Assembly: GCA_050290185.1 (NCBI GenBank)
Contig: JBNKHE010000004.1
Coordinates: 192,001 to 256,000 of the forward strand
DNA length: 64,000 bases
Reading direction: 5' to 3'
Source of the DNA: Pontiella sp.
GTDB taxonomy: Bacteria; Verrucomicrobiota; Kiritimatiellia; Kiritimatiellales; Pontiellaceae
Part shown: positions 19,783-30,249 of the stretch, in pieces
Position numbering within the stretch: the first letter of the stretch is position 1
Layout: every line of letters starts with the position of its first letter
Program-made: the position numbers and the translations under genes
The notes under the pieces: generated by a model
The model's database searches: none
The model's input: the letters and a program-made list of their open reading frames with translations, nothing else
Told to the model about the DNA's origin: nothing

Positions 19783-21444
19783 ATGGATACCGCAAACACG
19801 CAGCAAAATCAGCCCTTCAATGCTATCGAAGATCCCGTTCTCGTCCGTGCGCTCAATGAGCTCGGACGCTCTATCAATTTGGTGACCACCTATGGCAAAA
19901 GCCATCCAGCCGCAAAAAAGTCAATTTCGGGAACCGTAGAGGCCATGGAGGAGCTCTTTTCCGACCGGGAAAAGATAAGCATCGGCGCATTCAATGGCGT
20001 CATGACCATCGATGAAAAAACGGTCAATGCTGTCGGCACCCTTCAGAAATCGCTCGAACGTCGTTTGGTTCGTCTCCGTATCACAGGGCTTAAAATCACT
20101 CGCGGTACTTCACAGGAGGAACTGGTCCAATTAACGGAACTGCTCGCCGCGACGGATGCCGATAAGTTTGAACAAAACCTCAGCAGCAGCGGAATGTCCC
20201 ATATTTTATCAGAACATACGCAATACGAAGCGGTCCGCGACGGCCAAACCGTTGCCAATGAAAGCGACCTGGCCGGGATGGGCGGAGACGGAGTCCTTGT
20301 TCTGGAAGACGAGGCCGATGACACCACTGATGCCAACGACGGGGCGTCAGCCAGCATTCATGTTGAACAAATCGTGGCATTCCTCAAAGGCGACATTGAT
20401 GCAGAAACCGGAGATGTCGGGGACGAGTTGCAACAACTGGCCTCCGACCCGAATAAACTGGGCCGGATGATCATGGAAAGCGTGGCGATTCGCCAGTCCA
20501 TGTCGGAACTGGCCGGCGAATCGCTGAACGATGTCATTCTCGGGTGTCTGCGCCGCACCTATGACGGACTCCACAAACAACCAGCCTTCCAGTCCACGAA
20601 AGGCAAAGCCGATCTGAAAAAAGCCCTTCTTCTTCTGGAAGAAAGCATTCTGGAGAAAATGCGAGGATTGACAGGCGATGACAATCCCGAACTGGATCGG
20701 CAAATTGTCCAGGCCATCCGCGAAATGGATGAAAACCTGAGCTTTGAAATGGCTGCAGCCCAGTACATGGAACAACGCGAAGCGATTGAACAAAGCAAGG
20801 AACAGCTCCAGCACTTTATTCAGGTCCAGGGATCCGATACCGCGGAAAACCTGTTGCATGGATTGGGGTTCCCGGGCAGCGATTGGCGCAAGATTGTCGT
20901 CGACAGCGGAAAAGCGGCCCGAAAAGCGGAAGGATCGCTGTCCGAGGGACTCAGTACTTTAACCACCGTATTCGAAAAACTCGAACAGTTGATGAAGTCG
21001 GAAACGGCCAGCGGAACGCAAGTCAAGGATCTGCTCGGCCAAGCCAACGACAACCTCGGCGACACCCTGGATAACACCAAGGAAAAGCTGGCCGCCCTCT
21101 CATCCACCATTGGCGGGCAGGCTCACACGATGTCGCGGCCGGAACTACTGGCCTCGCTGGCTGAAGTCGCGCAGGAGCTGATGCAACCTCTCACGGCAAT
21201 AAACGCTTCTTTGGAAATGATGCTGCACGGCTATGTGGGCGGAATTTCCGAAGAACAGGAGGATTTGCTGACGCTGGCGTCCAACAGCGGAGAACACCTC
21301 AAGTTTCTGATGGATATGCTGATCGATATCGTCGGATGCCCTGTGAACAAAGGGATCGATGACCGGTTTCATACCACCAGCGAACAGGTCCAGCTGATGA
21401 AGGACGCGGAAGGCCAGGAACACCTTCCGCTGCACTATCAATAA
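19783..21444 (+). CDS. Hypothetical helical protein with C-terminal degenerate HisKA-like helix
   Basis: EVAQELMQPLTAINASLEMM...LMDMLID; no HATPase domain. Confidence 0.6.
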   Translation: MDTANTQQNQPFNAIEDPVLVRALNELGRSINLVTTYGKSHPAAKKSISGTVEAMEELFSDREKISIGAFNGVMTIDEKTVNAVGTLQKSLERRLVRLRITGLKITRGTSQEELVQLTELLAATDADKFEQNLSSSGMSHILSEHTQYEAVRDGQTVANESDLAGMGGDGVLVLEDEADDTTDANDGASASIHVEQIVAFLKGDIDAETGDVGDELQQLASDPNKLGRMIMESVAIRQSMSELAGESLNDVILGCLRRTYDGLHKQPAFQSTKGKADLKKALLLLEESILEKMRGLTGDDNPELDRQIVQAIREMDENLSFEMAAAQYMEQREAIEQSKEQLQHFIQVQGSDTAENLLHGLGFPGSDWRKIVVDSGKAARKAEGSLSEGLSTLTTVFEKLEQLMKSETASGTQVKDLLGQANDNLGDTLDNTKEKLAALSSTIGGQAHTMSRPELLASLAEVAQELMQPLTAINASLEMMLHGYVGGISEEQEDLLTLASNSGEHLKFLMDMLIDIVGCPVNKGIDDRFHTTSEQVQLMKDAEGQEHLPLHYQ

Positions 21445-21450
21445 ACCGGG

Positions 21451-21957
21451 TTATGTAATTTCATTCCCGCGGCTCATGACCACCTTGCCGGTACGGACCA
21501 GCTCGATAACCTTGAATTTGGCAATCATCTCCTCAAGAGCATCGATCTTGTCCGGATTCCCGACCACCTGAAGAATCATCGAATCGGGAGTCAGGTCCAC
21601 GGTCTTGCAGCCATAATGCTCAGCAATCTGGAGCGCCTCGGACCGACCTTCGCTATCGACCTCAATCTTGACCAGCCCCATCTCCTTAATGACCGATTCA
21701 TCGAAGGTATGGTCGATGCAGTGCAAGACATCGATCAGCTTCAACAGTTGCTTGATGATCTGGTCCAGCCCTTCGGGATCACCGCTGCAACTGATGGTCA
21801 TCCTTGAAAAATTCCCGTCGACCGCGGGCGAAACCACAAGCGATTCAATATTGAAACCGCGCCGCGAAAATACCTGTGCAATACGCGCAAGGACACCCGG
21901 CTTATTCGCAACATATACGCTCAACGTGTGCATGGATTTATTTGTATTCAACATCAT
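21451..21957 (-). CDS. ilvN: Acetolactate synthase small subunit
   Basis: NKPGVLARIAQVFSRRGFNIESL, ELVRTG. Confidence 0.95.
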   Translation of the reverse strand: MMLNTNKSMHTLSVYVANKPGVLARIAQVFSRRGFNIESLVVSPAVDGNFSRMTISCSGDPEGLDQIIKQLLKLIDVLHCIDHTFDESVIKEMGLVKIEVDSEGRSEALQIAEHYGCKTVDLTPDSMILQVVGNPDKIDALEEMIAKFKVIELVRTGKVVMSRGNEIT

Positions 21958-22009
21958 TAGACTCCGTTATGGATATTGCCATTACATCTGGAACTCAGTC
22001 TGGCACGGC

Positions 22010-23731
22010 CTAGGTTGATCCAGTCGGCTTGTCCAGCTTCCGGTTCGGCGGTTCAATGAGCATGTCCTCGATCGCCGCACCCGCCGGGATCATCGGGAAT
22101 ACATTGTCGGTCTTCTCAACTTCGCAGTTGATCAGACACGGCCCCTCGTTGTAGTCCAGCGCCGTCTGCAAAACACGTTTGACGTCCCCCGGGCGGCGCA
22201 GGTTGAAACCCTTGATCCCAAACGACTCGGCCAGCTTCACAAAATCCGGATTTCCTTCCAGATCCACCCCGCTCTTGCGGTCTTCATAGAACAGTTCCTG
22301 CCATTGCCGGACCATGCCGAGGTAATGATTATTGAGAACCACGATCTTGATCGGAAGCTTGTACAGCGCCACCGTGGCCAGCTCGAAGAAGGTCATCTGG
22401 AAGCCGCCGTCGCCGACGAAGCAGATGTGGAGATCCTTGGGGCGACCGAATGCCGCGCCGATGCAAGCCGGCAGGCCGAAGCCCATGGTACCCGCCCCGC
22501 CCGAGCTGAGCCAGTTGTAGCGGCTGTCGTTCTTGTAGAACTGCGCCGCCCACATCTGATGCTGACCCACATCGGTGGCCACACAGGCCTTCCCTTCGGA
22601 AAGCTTGTAGAACTCGTCGATAATGTGCTGCATCTTCAGGCTGCCCTGGCGCTTGAACTTGAGCGGATACTTGGTTTTGTAGCCGTCCAGATGCTTGCGC
22701 CATTCCTTGGTTTCGAGAATCGGAACATGCTTGATCAGTTCTTCGAGCGCAATGCGGGCGTCAGCCACGCAGGCAATCTGCGGTTGGATCATCTTCCCTA
22801 TTTCAGCAGCATCGATGTCGATGTGGATAATGGTAGCATCCTTGCAGAACTGGTCCGGCTTCCCGAGAATACGGTCATCGAACCGTGATCCAATGTTCAG
22901 CAGCAGGTCGCACTCGCAGATCGCCTTGTTTGCATAGGCTGTGCCGTGCATGCCCAGCATACCCAGCGCAAGATCATGCGTTTCGGGGAAAACCCCTTTG
23001 CCGAGCAACGTCGTGGTAACCGGAATCCGCGCCTTTTCCGCAAACGCCTTCAGCACATCATCGGCCCCCGAGATCATGGCACCGTGACCGGCCAGAATCA
23101 GCGGACGTTGCGATTTCGCCAATGCTTCGGCAATCTCGAGAACGACATCCTTGTCGACCGATGTATTCAGCGTGTACCCGGGCAGATCCATCTCTGCATG
23201 CAAATCGGCGGTACATGGACCGGCGCTGATATCCTTGGGAATATCGATTAAAACGGGTCCCGGGCGGCCGGTCGTGGAAATATGGAAAGCCTCGCGAACA
23301 ACTCGGGGAATGTCGTTGCTGGACTTAATCAGATACGAATGCTTAATGATCGGCATGGTGATGCCGAAGATATCCGCCTCCTGAAAAGCGTCCTTGCCGA
23401 GCATCCAGGAAACCGATTGCCCGGTCAGGACAATCATAGGAACCGAATCCATGTGAGCCGTCATAATGCCGGTAATCGTGTTCGTTGCTCCCGGTCCGCT
23501 GGTCACCAGCACAACCGCGGGCTTACCCGTCGCACGCGCATAACCGTCGGCCATATGGGCCGCCCCCTGCTCATGCCGGGTTAGAATAAATTTTATTTTC
23601 GTATCCGTGGTGATAAGCGCATCGAAAATAGGAATCGCTGCTCCACCAGAATAACCGAAGATGTATTCAACACCCTCGTTTTCCAGACACTTGATGATCG
23701 CCTGCCCGCCTTCCAGCACTGTATTGGCCAT
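22010..23731 (-). CDS. ilvB: Acetolactate synthase large subunit
   Basis: RHEQGAAHMADGYAR, TSGPGATN, DVGQHQMW, GDGGFQM. Confidence 0.96.
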   Translation of the reverse strand: MANTVLEGGQAIIKCLENEGVEYIFGYSGGAAIPIFDALITTDTKIKFILTRHEQGAAHMADGYARATGKPAVVLVTSGPGATNTITGIMTAHMDSVPMIVLTGQSVSWMLGKDAFQEADIFGITMPIIKHSYLIKSSNDIPRVVREAFHISTTGRPGPVLIDIPKDISAGPCTADLHAEMDLPGYTLNTSVDKDVVLEIAEALAKSQRPLILAGHGAMISGADDVLKAFAEKARIPVTTTLLGKGVFPETHDLALGMLGMHGTAYANKAICECDLLLNIGSRFDDRILGKPDQFCKDATIIHIDIDAAEIGKMIQPQIACVADARIALEELIKHVPILETKEWRKHLDGYKTKYPLKFKRQGSLKMQHIIDEFYKLSEGKACVATDVGQHQMWAAQFYKNDSRYNWLSSGGAGTMGFGLPACIGAAFGRPKDLHICFVGDGGFQMTFFELATVALYKLPIKIVVLNNHYLGMVRQWQELFYEDRKSGVDLEGNPDFVKLAESFGIKGFNLRRPGDVKRVLQTALDYNEGPCLINCEVEKTDNVFPMIPAGAAIEDMLIEPPNRKLDKPTGST

Positions 23732-23755
23732 AATTTACCTCCAAATATTAGGAGC

Positions 23756-23784
23756 AACCTATATTTACCCGCTATAACTGTCAA
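23756..23784 (-). promoter_or_regulatory. Candidate sigma70 promoter of ilvBN
   Basis: Minus-strand TTGACA-N17-TAGGTT. Confidence 0.55.
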
Positions 23785-23940
23785 ATATTAACCAGATAAA
23801 AACAAACGACCGATTTTTAGCTCGTCACATTGTCAGTTTTTACAGCAAAGACAGCCAATCAATCGATTACACGGAGTAATGCGCAAATCAAGAGGCGATT
23901 CACACCAAACAAAAACCGCCCTCACGGATAAAATACAAGA

Positions 23941-25110
23941 TCAATCCACCCGAAGGCTATTATTTGACGATATTGGAGTGGGATACTTCCAAACAACCCA
24001 ATACGTAGACGCAACAAAGCTCAACATAACCACAGTTTGTATCAAATATGATGCATCGACCGAAATATTACCCGATTTTTCAGCGGTATAGGCTACAAGC
24101 AGAGAAAACTCACTGGCCTGAGCGAGTCGAATCCCCAATTCCCTGGAAATCCCCGCTTCCTCCCGGATGGACTTAAAAGCCATGCGAAACAGCAGCGGCT
24201 TGGCTAAAATGATGGCGGCGGTCAAAACTACTCCAGGCAGAAACAGATTCTTGGTAACGAATAGGTCGAACCGGGCACCGATGGAAAAGAAAAACAGGAT
24301 AAGAAAGAATTCACGAATGGGCTTCAGGCTTTCGGCAATAATGAGCGCGACCGGGAACGCCGCCATGGCGACTCCGGCGATAAAGGCCCCCATTTCATAG
24401 GACAGGCCAATCAGATGCGCAACCTCTGCCGAGAACAGGCACCACCCCAATGACACGAGGAAGAAATATTCCTTGATCACATCGAATCGCCGAAAGAGCG
24501 GTATGATGACGAATTTGACCACAGCAAAGGAAACCAGGCCAAGGCCCGCCAGCTTCAACATAACCAGCACGGCACCCAGCAGACCGCTTTGCCCACCCTT
24601 CCCTCCCCCAAGAAACAGGATCAGCAGGATGGCCAGAATATCCTGGAACAATAATACACTGATCATCATTTCGCCGGTATGCTTTTGGTGCAAGGTGGTG
24701 GTGGGTGTCAGCTTAAGGCTGACGATCGTACTGGAAAACATCATCGCAGCCCCGACCACCACGCTATCCATCCACCCAAATCCGAAGCCGATGGTGACAG
24801 CAAATCCAAGAACCATGAAGGCCGCACTGGTGCCCATGGTGACCACGGAGGTCTTCCGGAACAGCTGCAGTAACTTTTCAGGATGCAGGTTCAGTCCCAG
24901 CAGAAACAGGAGCAGGATAATCCCGACATGGGAAAGGTGTTCGATATGTTCCGCCGATCCCAGCACCTTCAGCCCCAGCGGACCAATGAGGGCCCCCCAT
25001 GCAATATAGGCGAGAATGATCGGTTGCCGCAGATAGAGAAACAGCGTCCCCAGCAAGGCCGCACCGGAGAAAATGACCGCCAGCTCAAGAACTATGTTAT
25101 CCAACCTCAA
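23941..25110 (-). CDS. CPA2 cation:proton antiporter (no TrkA domain)
   Basis: RQPIILAYI, FSSTIVS, LFQD, GAFIAG, AQASEFS. Confidence 0.88.
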   Translation of the reverse strand: MRLDNIVLELAVIFSGAALLGTLFLYLRQPIILAYIAWGALIGPLGLKVLGSAEHIEHLSHVGIILLLFLLGLNLHPEKLLQLFRKTSVVTMGTSAAFMVLGFAVTIGFGFGWMDSVVVGAAMMFSSTIVSLKLTPTTTLHQKHTGEMMISVLLFQDILAILLILFLGGGKGGQSGLLGAVLVMLKLAGLGLVSFAVVKFVIIPLFRRFDVIKEYFFLVSLGWCLFSAEVAHLIGLSYEMGAFIAGVAMAAFPVALIIAESLKPIREFFLILFFFSIGARFDLFVTKNLFLPGVVLTAAIILAKPLLFRMAFKSIREEAGISRELGIRLAQASEFSLLVAYTAEKSGNISVDASYLIQTVVMLSFVASTYWVVWKYPTPISSNNSLRVD

Positions 25111-26140
25111 TGATGTTCTCCCGCTTATGCTTTACCAGTTGCCCGCAGGCCGCCGCGATATCCGATCCGAGAGAATAGCGCAACGTGGTATCGAAGCCCG
25201 CAGCTTTCAAATGGTCGGCAAACCGCACCCGTTCCGATTGCGGGGTTCCCCGCAGGTTGCTTCCTGCATATTCATTAAACGGAATAATATTAATGTGCAC
25301 GGGGATGCCGCTTAGATAGGTTTCCAGCGCAAGCAGATCTTCTTCGCTGTCATTGACGCCGGCCAGCATCAGGTATTCGATCATGACCTTTCCATTACGG
25401 GATGCGTTAAGCAGCGTTTCCCGCATTTCATCCAGCGGATATTTTCTGGCCTGGGGCATCAGGCGCTGCCGGACCTCTTGCCGCGCGCTGTGCAGGCTGA
25501 GCGCCAGCTGAACATCCGGAAACCGCTCGGTAAAGTGGTCCATGGCATCAGGAATGCCCACCGTGGAAACGGTGATGCGGGAACCGGACAGGTTGAAAAA
25601 CGGTGCGGCCTTCAGGAATTCCACCGATTCAAATACGTGTTCCAGGTTCAGCAGCGGTTCTCCCATGCCCATGAACACCACATTTCGGATCGAACGCCCC
25701 TCCACCTTAACCATGCGGTTGGCCTGGGTAACCTGATCCAGAATCTCCGCCGTGGTCAGGTTGCGCGTAAACCCCATCTTCCCGGTAGCACAAAAACTGC
25801 AGTAGCAAGCGCACCCCACCTGCGAGGAGATGCAGATCGACGTCCGCCCCGTCCTGGGCCGCAGTACAACACTTTCAATCAGGTTGCCATCCCCTGTCTG
25901 AAAGATCAGCTTGCTGGCTCCGTCCGTGGCCGAATCATGGCGCTCCAGCAGCGTGAGCGTTTCAAACTGAATATGGTCGCGGAACACATCTCGGGCTTCA
26001 AGGGGAAGAACGGCCAACGCCTCGTCCCAGCCCTGTGCATTCTTGAACAACGCATTCCGGAAAAGCCTCATGCCATGCGGTTGCACCGCGTTGCGGCTTC
26101 GCAGCAGCTCAAGTTCATCTATGTCGTAGATCGTGGGCAT
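25097..26140 (-). CDS. rlmN: Radical SAM RNA methyltransferase RlmN
   Basis: CISSQVGCACYCSFCATG, FMGMGEP, AACGQL. Confidence 0.92.
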   Translation of the reverse strand: MPTIYDIDELELLRSRNAVQPHGMRLFRNALFKNAQGWDEALAVLPLEARDVFRDHIQFETLTLLERHDSATDGASKLIFQTGDGNLIESVVLRPRTGRTSICISSQVGCACYCSFCATGKMGFTRNLTTAEILDQVTQANRMVKVEGRSIRNVVFMGMGEPLLNLEHVFESVEFLKAAPFFNLSGSRITVSTVGIPDAMDHFTERFPDVQLALSLHSARQEVRQRLMPQARKYPLDEMRETLLNASRNGKVMIEYLMLAGVNDSEEDLLALETYLSGIPVHINIIPFNEYAGSNLRGTPQSERVRFADHLKAAGFDTTLRYSLGSDIAAACGQLVKHKRENIIEVG

Positions 26141-26158
26141 GTCTGCTCCCTATATAAG

Positions 26159-26187
26159 GAAAAAGGCCGGCTTGGCCGACCTTTTTT
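26159..26187 (-). terminator. Intrinsic terminator
   Basis: Minus strand AAAAAAGGTCGGCCAAGCCGGCCTTTTT. Confidence 0.55.
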
Positions 26188-26205
26188 CGACAGAAAGCAC
26201 ACGGC

Positions 26206-27051
26206 TTACTTGAAATTCTTCCGAGTCGCCTTGATCAGCGCCTTCCACAGCGCGTCTTCGGAATCGGCTGCCAGCAACGCTTCACTGGCTTCTTTCTCGC
26301 GGAAGGTCCGCGAAAGGCCCGAGATCAGCTTCAGGTAGAAGGCGCTGGTCGCTGTCGGAATCACCACAAAGAAGAAGATCCGTGTCAGGGTACGCCCCGG
26401 ACCTCCGAATTTAATGCCCTTCTTGTGAATACCGACCACCATGGAAAGACCGCCGCCTTCGACGCCGCGCACATGAGGAAATGCCAAACCGTTATCCACG
26501 GCGGTACTGATAATCGCCTCGCGCTGCAAGGCCATATCGAGCAACTGCGCGCCATCTTCGACAAACCCCTCATCCGCCATGCGTGTGCACATCTCGCCAA
26601 GCACTTCCTCGGGCGTGCTTCCCTTGAGGGAAACCATCATCAGCTCCGGCGATGTAAAACGGGATATACCCACCTTGCGGGCTTCACCAATAGAACGGCT
26701 GACGCGCTCACGTGCCACCAGTTGCTCCGGATAATAGAGATAACGGGCGCAGTTCGGACAACGGTGCATACCATCCGCCTTGTGCACGCTGTTAACCAGA
26801 CTCTTGGTCAGGGCCATTCCACAGCCGGCGCACTGTCCACTCGACACCGGCACAATGGCTTCCGGGTGCTTTTGCAGCAGACGGTTAAAATGCGATTTTA
26901 CCTGTTGCGGAATATCCGCACCGAGAGCGGCAATTGATTTTTCCAGTACTTCAAGCCGCGCAGTAGGCATGGATGCACGTTTTTGAAGGTTAGCAACAAT
27001 CAGCTCCTGAAGCTGTATCAATTGGTTTATTAGACTATGGGTTGTTGTCAT
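26206..27051 (-). CDS. C4 zinc-ribbon + PTS EIIA (Ntr/Fru-type) fusion
   Basis: CAGC...CPNC; LQREAIIST..LAFPHVR. Confidence 0.85.
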   Translation of the reverse strand: MTTTHSLINQLIQLQELIVANLQKRASMPTARLEVLEKSIAALGADIPQQVKSHFNRLLQKHPEAIVPVSSGQCAGCGMALTKSLVNSVHKADGMHRCPNCARYLYYPEQLVARERVSRSIGEARKVGISRFTSPELMMVSLKGSTPEEVLGEMCTRMADEGFVEDGAQLLDMALQREAIISTAVDNGLAFPHVRGVEGGGLSMVVGIHKKGIKFGGPGRTLTRIFFFVVIPTATSAFYLKLISGLSRTFREKEASEALLAADSEDALWKALIKATRKNFK

Positions 27052-27177
27052 TTAAATCCTCGGTTCAGTTGGAATTTCGATAGCAAAAGATACTAGAATT
27101 TATCCCAATGGGAAGCCTAACACTTACATTTTCCTACGCATTTGAGACCTTGCCCAAAGGAACGTTCAATCTTCCCT

Positions 27178-28560
27178 CTAAAGCTCGCCAACGGCTGAAA
27201 TCAGGTCCCGCAAGACCGCCTTCGCATCGCCAAACAGCATGAGCGTGTTGTCGTTGATGAACAACTGGTTCGGGATCCCGGCAAATCCGGGACTCAGGCT
27301 GCGCTTGACGACAATCACGGTGCGGGACTTGTCGACCTCCAGAATCGGCATCCCGTAGATCGGACTTCCGGTATCGTCGCGTGCCGCCGGATTCGTTACA
27401 TCGTTGGCGCCGAGCACAATGGTTACATCGGTCTGCGAAAACTCGGGATTGATATGCTCCATTTCGACGAGCTTTTCATACGGCACCTTGGCTTCGGCCA
27501 GCAATACGTTCATATGACCGGGCATACGGCCTGCCACCGGATGAATGGCATATTTAACGTCAACGCCGCGAGCCTCCAGCAAGGTCGCAAAGTCCTGCGT
27601 CGCGTATTGCGCCTGCGCCACAGCCAAACCATAGCCGGGCGCAATGACCACCTTCTGCGCATCTTCGAGCAGCATGGCCACTTCTTCCGCGCCGCAACTC
27701 TTCACCTTGCCCTCGTAGAACTCCTTGCCGGGAATCGAAGCCATCTGTTCATCGCTCACCATCGCCCCGCCAAACAGCACGGCACCCAGCGACCGGTTCA
27801 TCGCCTTGCACATGATCTGGCTAAGAATAATGCCCGATGCCCCAACCAGTGATCCGCTGATGATCAATCCGTTGTTCATCAGGACAAATCCCGTGGCCGC
27901 CGCCGCAAGGCCGGAATAGGAATTGAGCAACGCAATGACCACCGGCATATCCGCACCGCCGATGGCAAGTACCAGCAGAACCCCAAGCGCAAGCGCAGCG
28001 ACAACAAGCGCCACCAATAGAATGCCCCAACCCTGCCAGATAAACAGCGCCGCCAAAGTCAGTACACCCAACCCCAGCGCCACCCGAAGCAAACTTTGGT
28101 GCGGCAGTTTCATCGCCTTATCGGCAAACCCCTGTAATTTGGCCCAGGCCACGATGCTTCCCGTCAGCGTGACCGACCCAATCAGCGCGCTGAGCGACAG
28201 CGCCACCATCCATGCCGGCGTTTTGACCGCATCCGGCGAGATAATGAACTGGGAAAGCGCCACCAACAGGGAGGCCCCCCCGCCGAAACCGTTCAACAGG
28301 CCTACCATTTCCGGCATGGCCGTCATCTTGACCGTTCGTGCGATATAGGCCCCTATTCCGCCGCCCACCACCATGCCGGCGATGACCCAGCCAAAGCTCA
28401 AGACCTGCTTGTCGACCAGCGTCGCCACAATGGCAATCAGCATGCCCACAGCGCCGATCATGTTTCCCCGGACTGCGGTTTTGGGCGAACCCAGCCCCTT
28501 CAGACCCATAATAAAAAGGACGGCGGCAACGAGATAGGCAAGATTGATGAGATAGGGCAT
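27178..28560 (-). CDS. pntB: NAD(P) transhydrogenase beta
   Basis: GGADMPVVIALLNSYSG, HPVAGRMPGHMNVLLAEA, GANDVTNP. Confidence 0.97.
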   Translation of the reverse strand: MPYLINLAYLVAAVLFIMGLKGLGSPKTAVRGNMIGAVGMLIAIVATLVDKQVLSFGWVIAGMVVGGGIGAYIARTVKMTAMPEMVGLLNGFGGGASLLVALSQFIISPDAVKTPAWMVALSLSALIGSVTLTGSIVAWAKLQGFADKAMKLPHQSLLRVALGLGVLTLAALFIWQGWGILLVALVVAALALGVLLVLAIGGADMPVVIALLNSYSGLAAAATGFVLMNNGLIISGSLVGASGIILSQIMCKAMNRSLGAVLFGGAMVSDEQMASIPGKEFYEGKVKSCGAEEVAMLLEDAQKVVIAPGYGLAVAQAQYATQDFATLLEARGVDVKYAIHPVAGRMPGHMNVLLAEAKVPYEKLVEMEHINPEFSQTDVTIVLGANDVTNPAARDDTGSPIYGMPILEVDKSRTVIVVKRSLSPGFAGIPNQLFINDNTLMLFGDAKAVLRDLISAVGEL

Positions 28561-28563
28561 GGG

Positions 28564-28854
28564 TTAATCCTTCTTCTTCTTGAACATATGCAGCATACGG
28601 TCGGTAACCATGAAGCCGCCGACAATATTGATCATCGCAAGCACGACCGCGAGAAAACCAAGCAGTGCCGAAAAGAAATTGCCCGTATCCCCAGCTCCGG
28701 CACACAGAATCGCACCGATGATAGTGATGCCGGAAATGGCATTCGATCCACTCATCAACGGCGTATGCAACGTAGGCGGAACTTTCGTGATCACCTCGTA
28801 GCCAATGAAGACCGCGAGAACAAAAATGGTTAATGCTTCTATCAATGCATCCAT
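28564..28854 (-). CDS. pntA: NAD(P) transhydrogenase alpha part 2 (membrane)
   Basis: LHTPLMSGSNAISG, GGFMVTDRML. Confidence 0.95.
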   Translation of the reverse strand: MDALIEALTIFVLAVFIGYEVITKVPPTLHTPLMSGSNAISGITIIGAILCAGAGDTGNFFSALLGFLAVVLAMINIVGGFMVTDRMLHMFKKKKD

Positions 28855-28856
28855 AA

Positions 28857-29999
28857 CTATACTCCTTCTTGTTCCATCAGCGGTTTGATCATTTCATGGA
28901 CGACATGGCCTTCATGCACCAGCAGCGCGCCTTTCACAATATCATCCTCGAGATCGATCCTGAATTCGCCCTCCTTCACCATATTGAGCAGGAAGGTGGA
29001 AATATTTTTCGAGAACAGCTGAGAGGCATGCACGGCCGATCGCGAGGGATAGTCGATGTAGCCGACAATCTTTATGCCATGCTTTTCGACCACTTCGCCG
29101 GAAACCGCCCCTTCGGTGTTGCCGCCTCGTTCTGCGGCGAGATCAATGATCACCGACCCAGGCCGCATGGCCTGCAGCATGTCGTCGGTAATCAGTACGG
29201 GCGACTTCTTGCCGGGGATCGCCGCGGTCGTAATCACCACATCGACCGCCGCCACCTTGGCCTTCATCTGCTCCTGCTGTTTTTTGTAGAACTCGTCCGA
29301 CTGCGCCTTGGCGTAACCGCCCTTGTCCTCAGCACTCTCTGTATCGAGGTCGAACTCGACAAACTTGGCCCCGACGCTCTCCACTTGTTCCTTCACCACC
29401 GGGCGCGTGTCGTAGGCGTCAACAACCGCACCTAGCCGCTTGGCCGTGGCGATGGCCATCAGTCCGGCCACGCCCGCACCGATTACGAACACCTTGGCCG
29501 GCGTAATCGTACCGGCGGAAGTCATCAGCATCGGGAAATATTTCGGTAGCAGGTCGGCCGCTTCGATAACGGCGCGGTAACCCGCAATCGCCGCCATGGA
29601 GCTCAGTACGTCCATGCTCTGTGCGCGGGTAATACGCGGCACAAACTCCAGCCCGAAACCGCTGATCTTTTTACCGGCCAGCTGTTCCATCAGATCGAGT
29701 TTGAAAAAGGCATCCATCAGGCAGATCAAGGTGCATCCCTCCCGCATCTTCCCCACCTCGGACGCCTCCGGCGGACGAACCTTGAAAATGATATCGGCCG
29801 ACGCATAGAGCGCATCGGCATCCGGCGCGATTTTGGCCCCCGCCTCAACGTAGGCTTCGTCGGGAATATAGGCTCCGGCCCCCGCCCCGCTTTCCACCAG
29901 CACCTCCAGCCCCGCCTTGGTCAGAATAGCAATGGAATGGGGAATCAGCGCAACCCGGTTTTCACCCGGCAGGATCTCTTTCGCAACAGCAACTAGCAT
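28857..29999 (-). CDS. pntA: NAD(P) transhydrogenase alpha part 1
   Basis: RITRAQSMDVLSS, GAGVAGL, DLAAERGGN; GAGGTG RBS before ATG 29999. Confidence 0.95.
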   Translation of the reverse strand: MLVAVAKEILPGENRVALIPHSIAILTKAGLEVLVESGAGAGAYIPDEAYVEAGAKIAPDADALYASADIIFKVRPPEASEVGKMREGCTLICLMDAFFKLDLMEQLAGKKISGFGLEFVPRITRAQSMDVLSSMAAIAGYRAVIEAADLLPKYFPMLMTSAGTITPAKVFVIGAGVAGLMAIATAKRLGAVVDAYDTRPVVKEQVESVGAKFVEFDLDTESAEDKGGYAKAQSDEFYKKQQEQMKAKVAAVDVVITTAAIPGKKSPVLITDDMLQAMRPGSVIIDLAAERGGNTEGAVSGEVVEKHGIKIVGYIDYPSRSAVHASQLFSKNISTFLLNMVKEGEFRIDLEDDIVKGALLVHEGHVVHEMIKPLMEQEGV

Positions 30000-30041
30000 C
30001 GGCGGCACCTCGCATTGGATTATATCAGTAAAGCTGATTGA

Positions 30042-30070
30042 AGATTACTTCATTGAAAAATATCCGTCAA
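30042..30070 (-). promoter_or_regulatory. Candidate sigma70 promoter of the pnt genes
   Basis: Minus-strand TTGACG-N17-TAATCT. Confidence 0.5.
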
Positions 30071-30249
30071 GGAATTGGGATGTCGGGCGCCAATGTGCAC
30101 GTTGACCCGCATGAAATGACTCCATCGCATCCGGACGAAGGACAGCGGACTGGGTTCAATGATGCATGAAAAATGACACAGGGTGAAACGATAAGTTGTG
30201 GAAACAGGAAAAAGCACACATCACCGCATAGCGGCAGCTCTACCACTAC

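Noticed and set aside
23732..23940. Branched-chain amino acid attenuator before ilvB
   Set aside because: No Ile/Leu/Val-rich leader with a terminator was found, and the candidate promoter sits close to the start.
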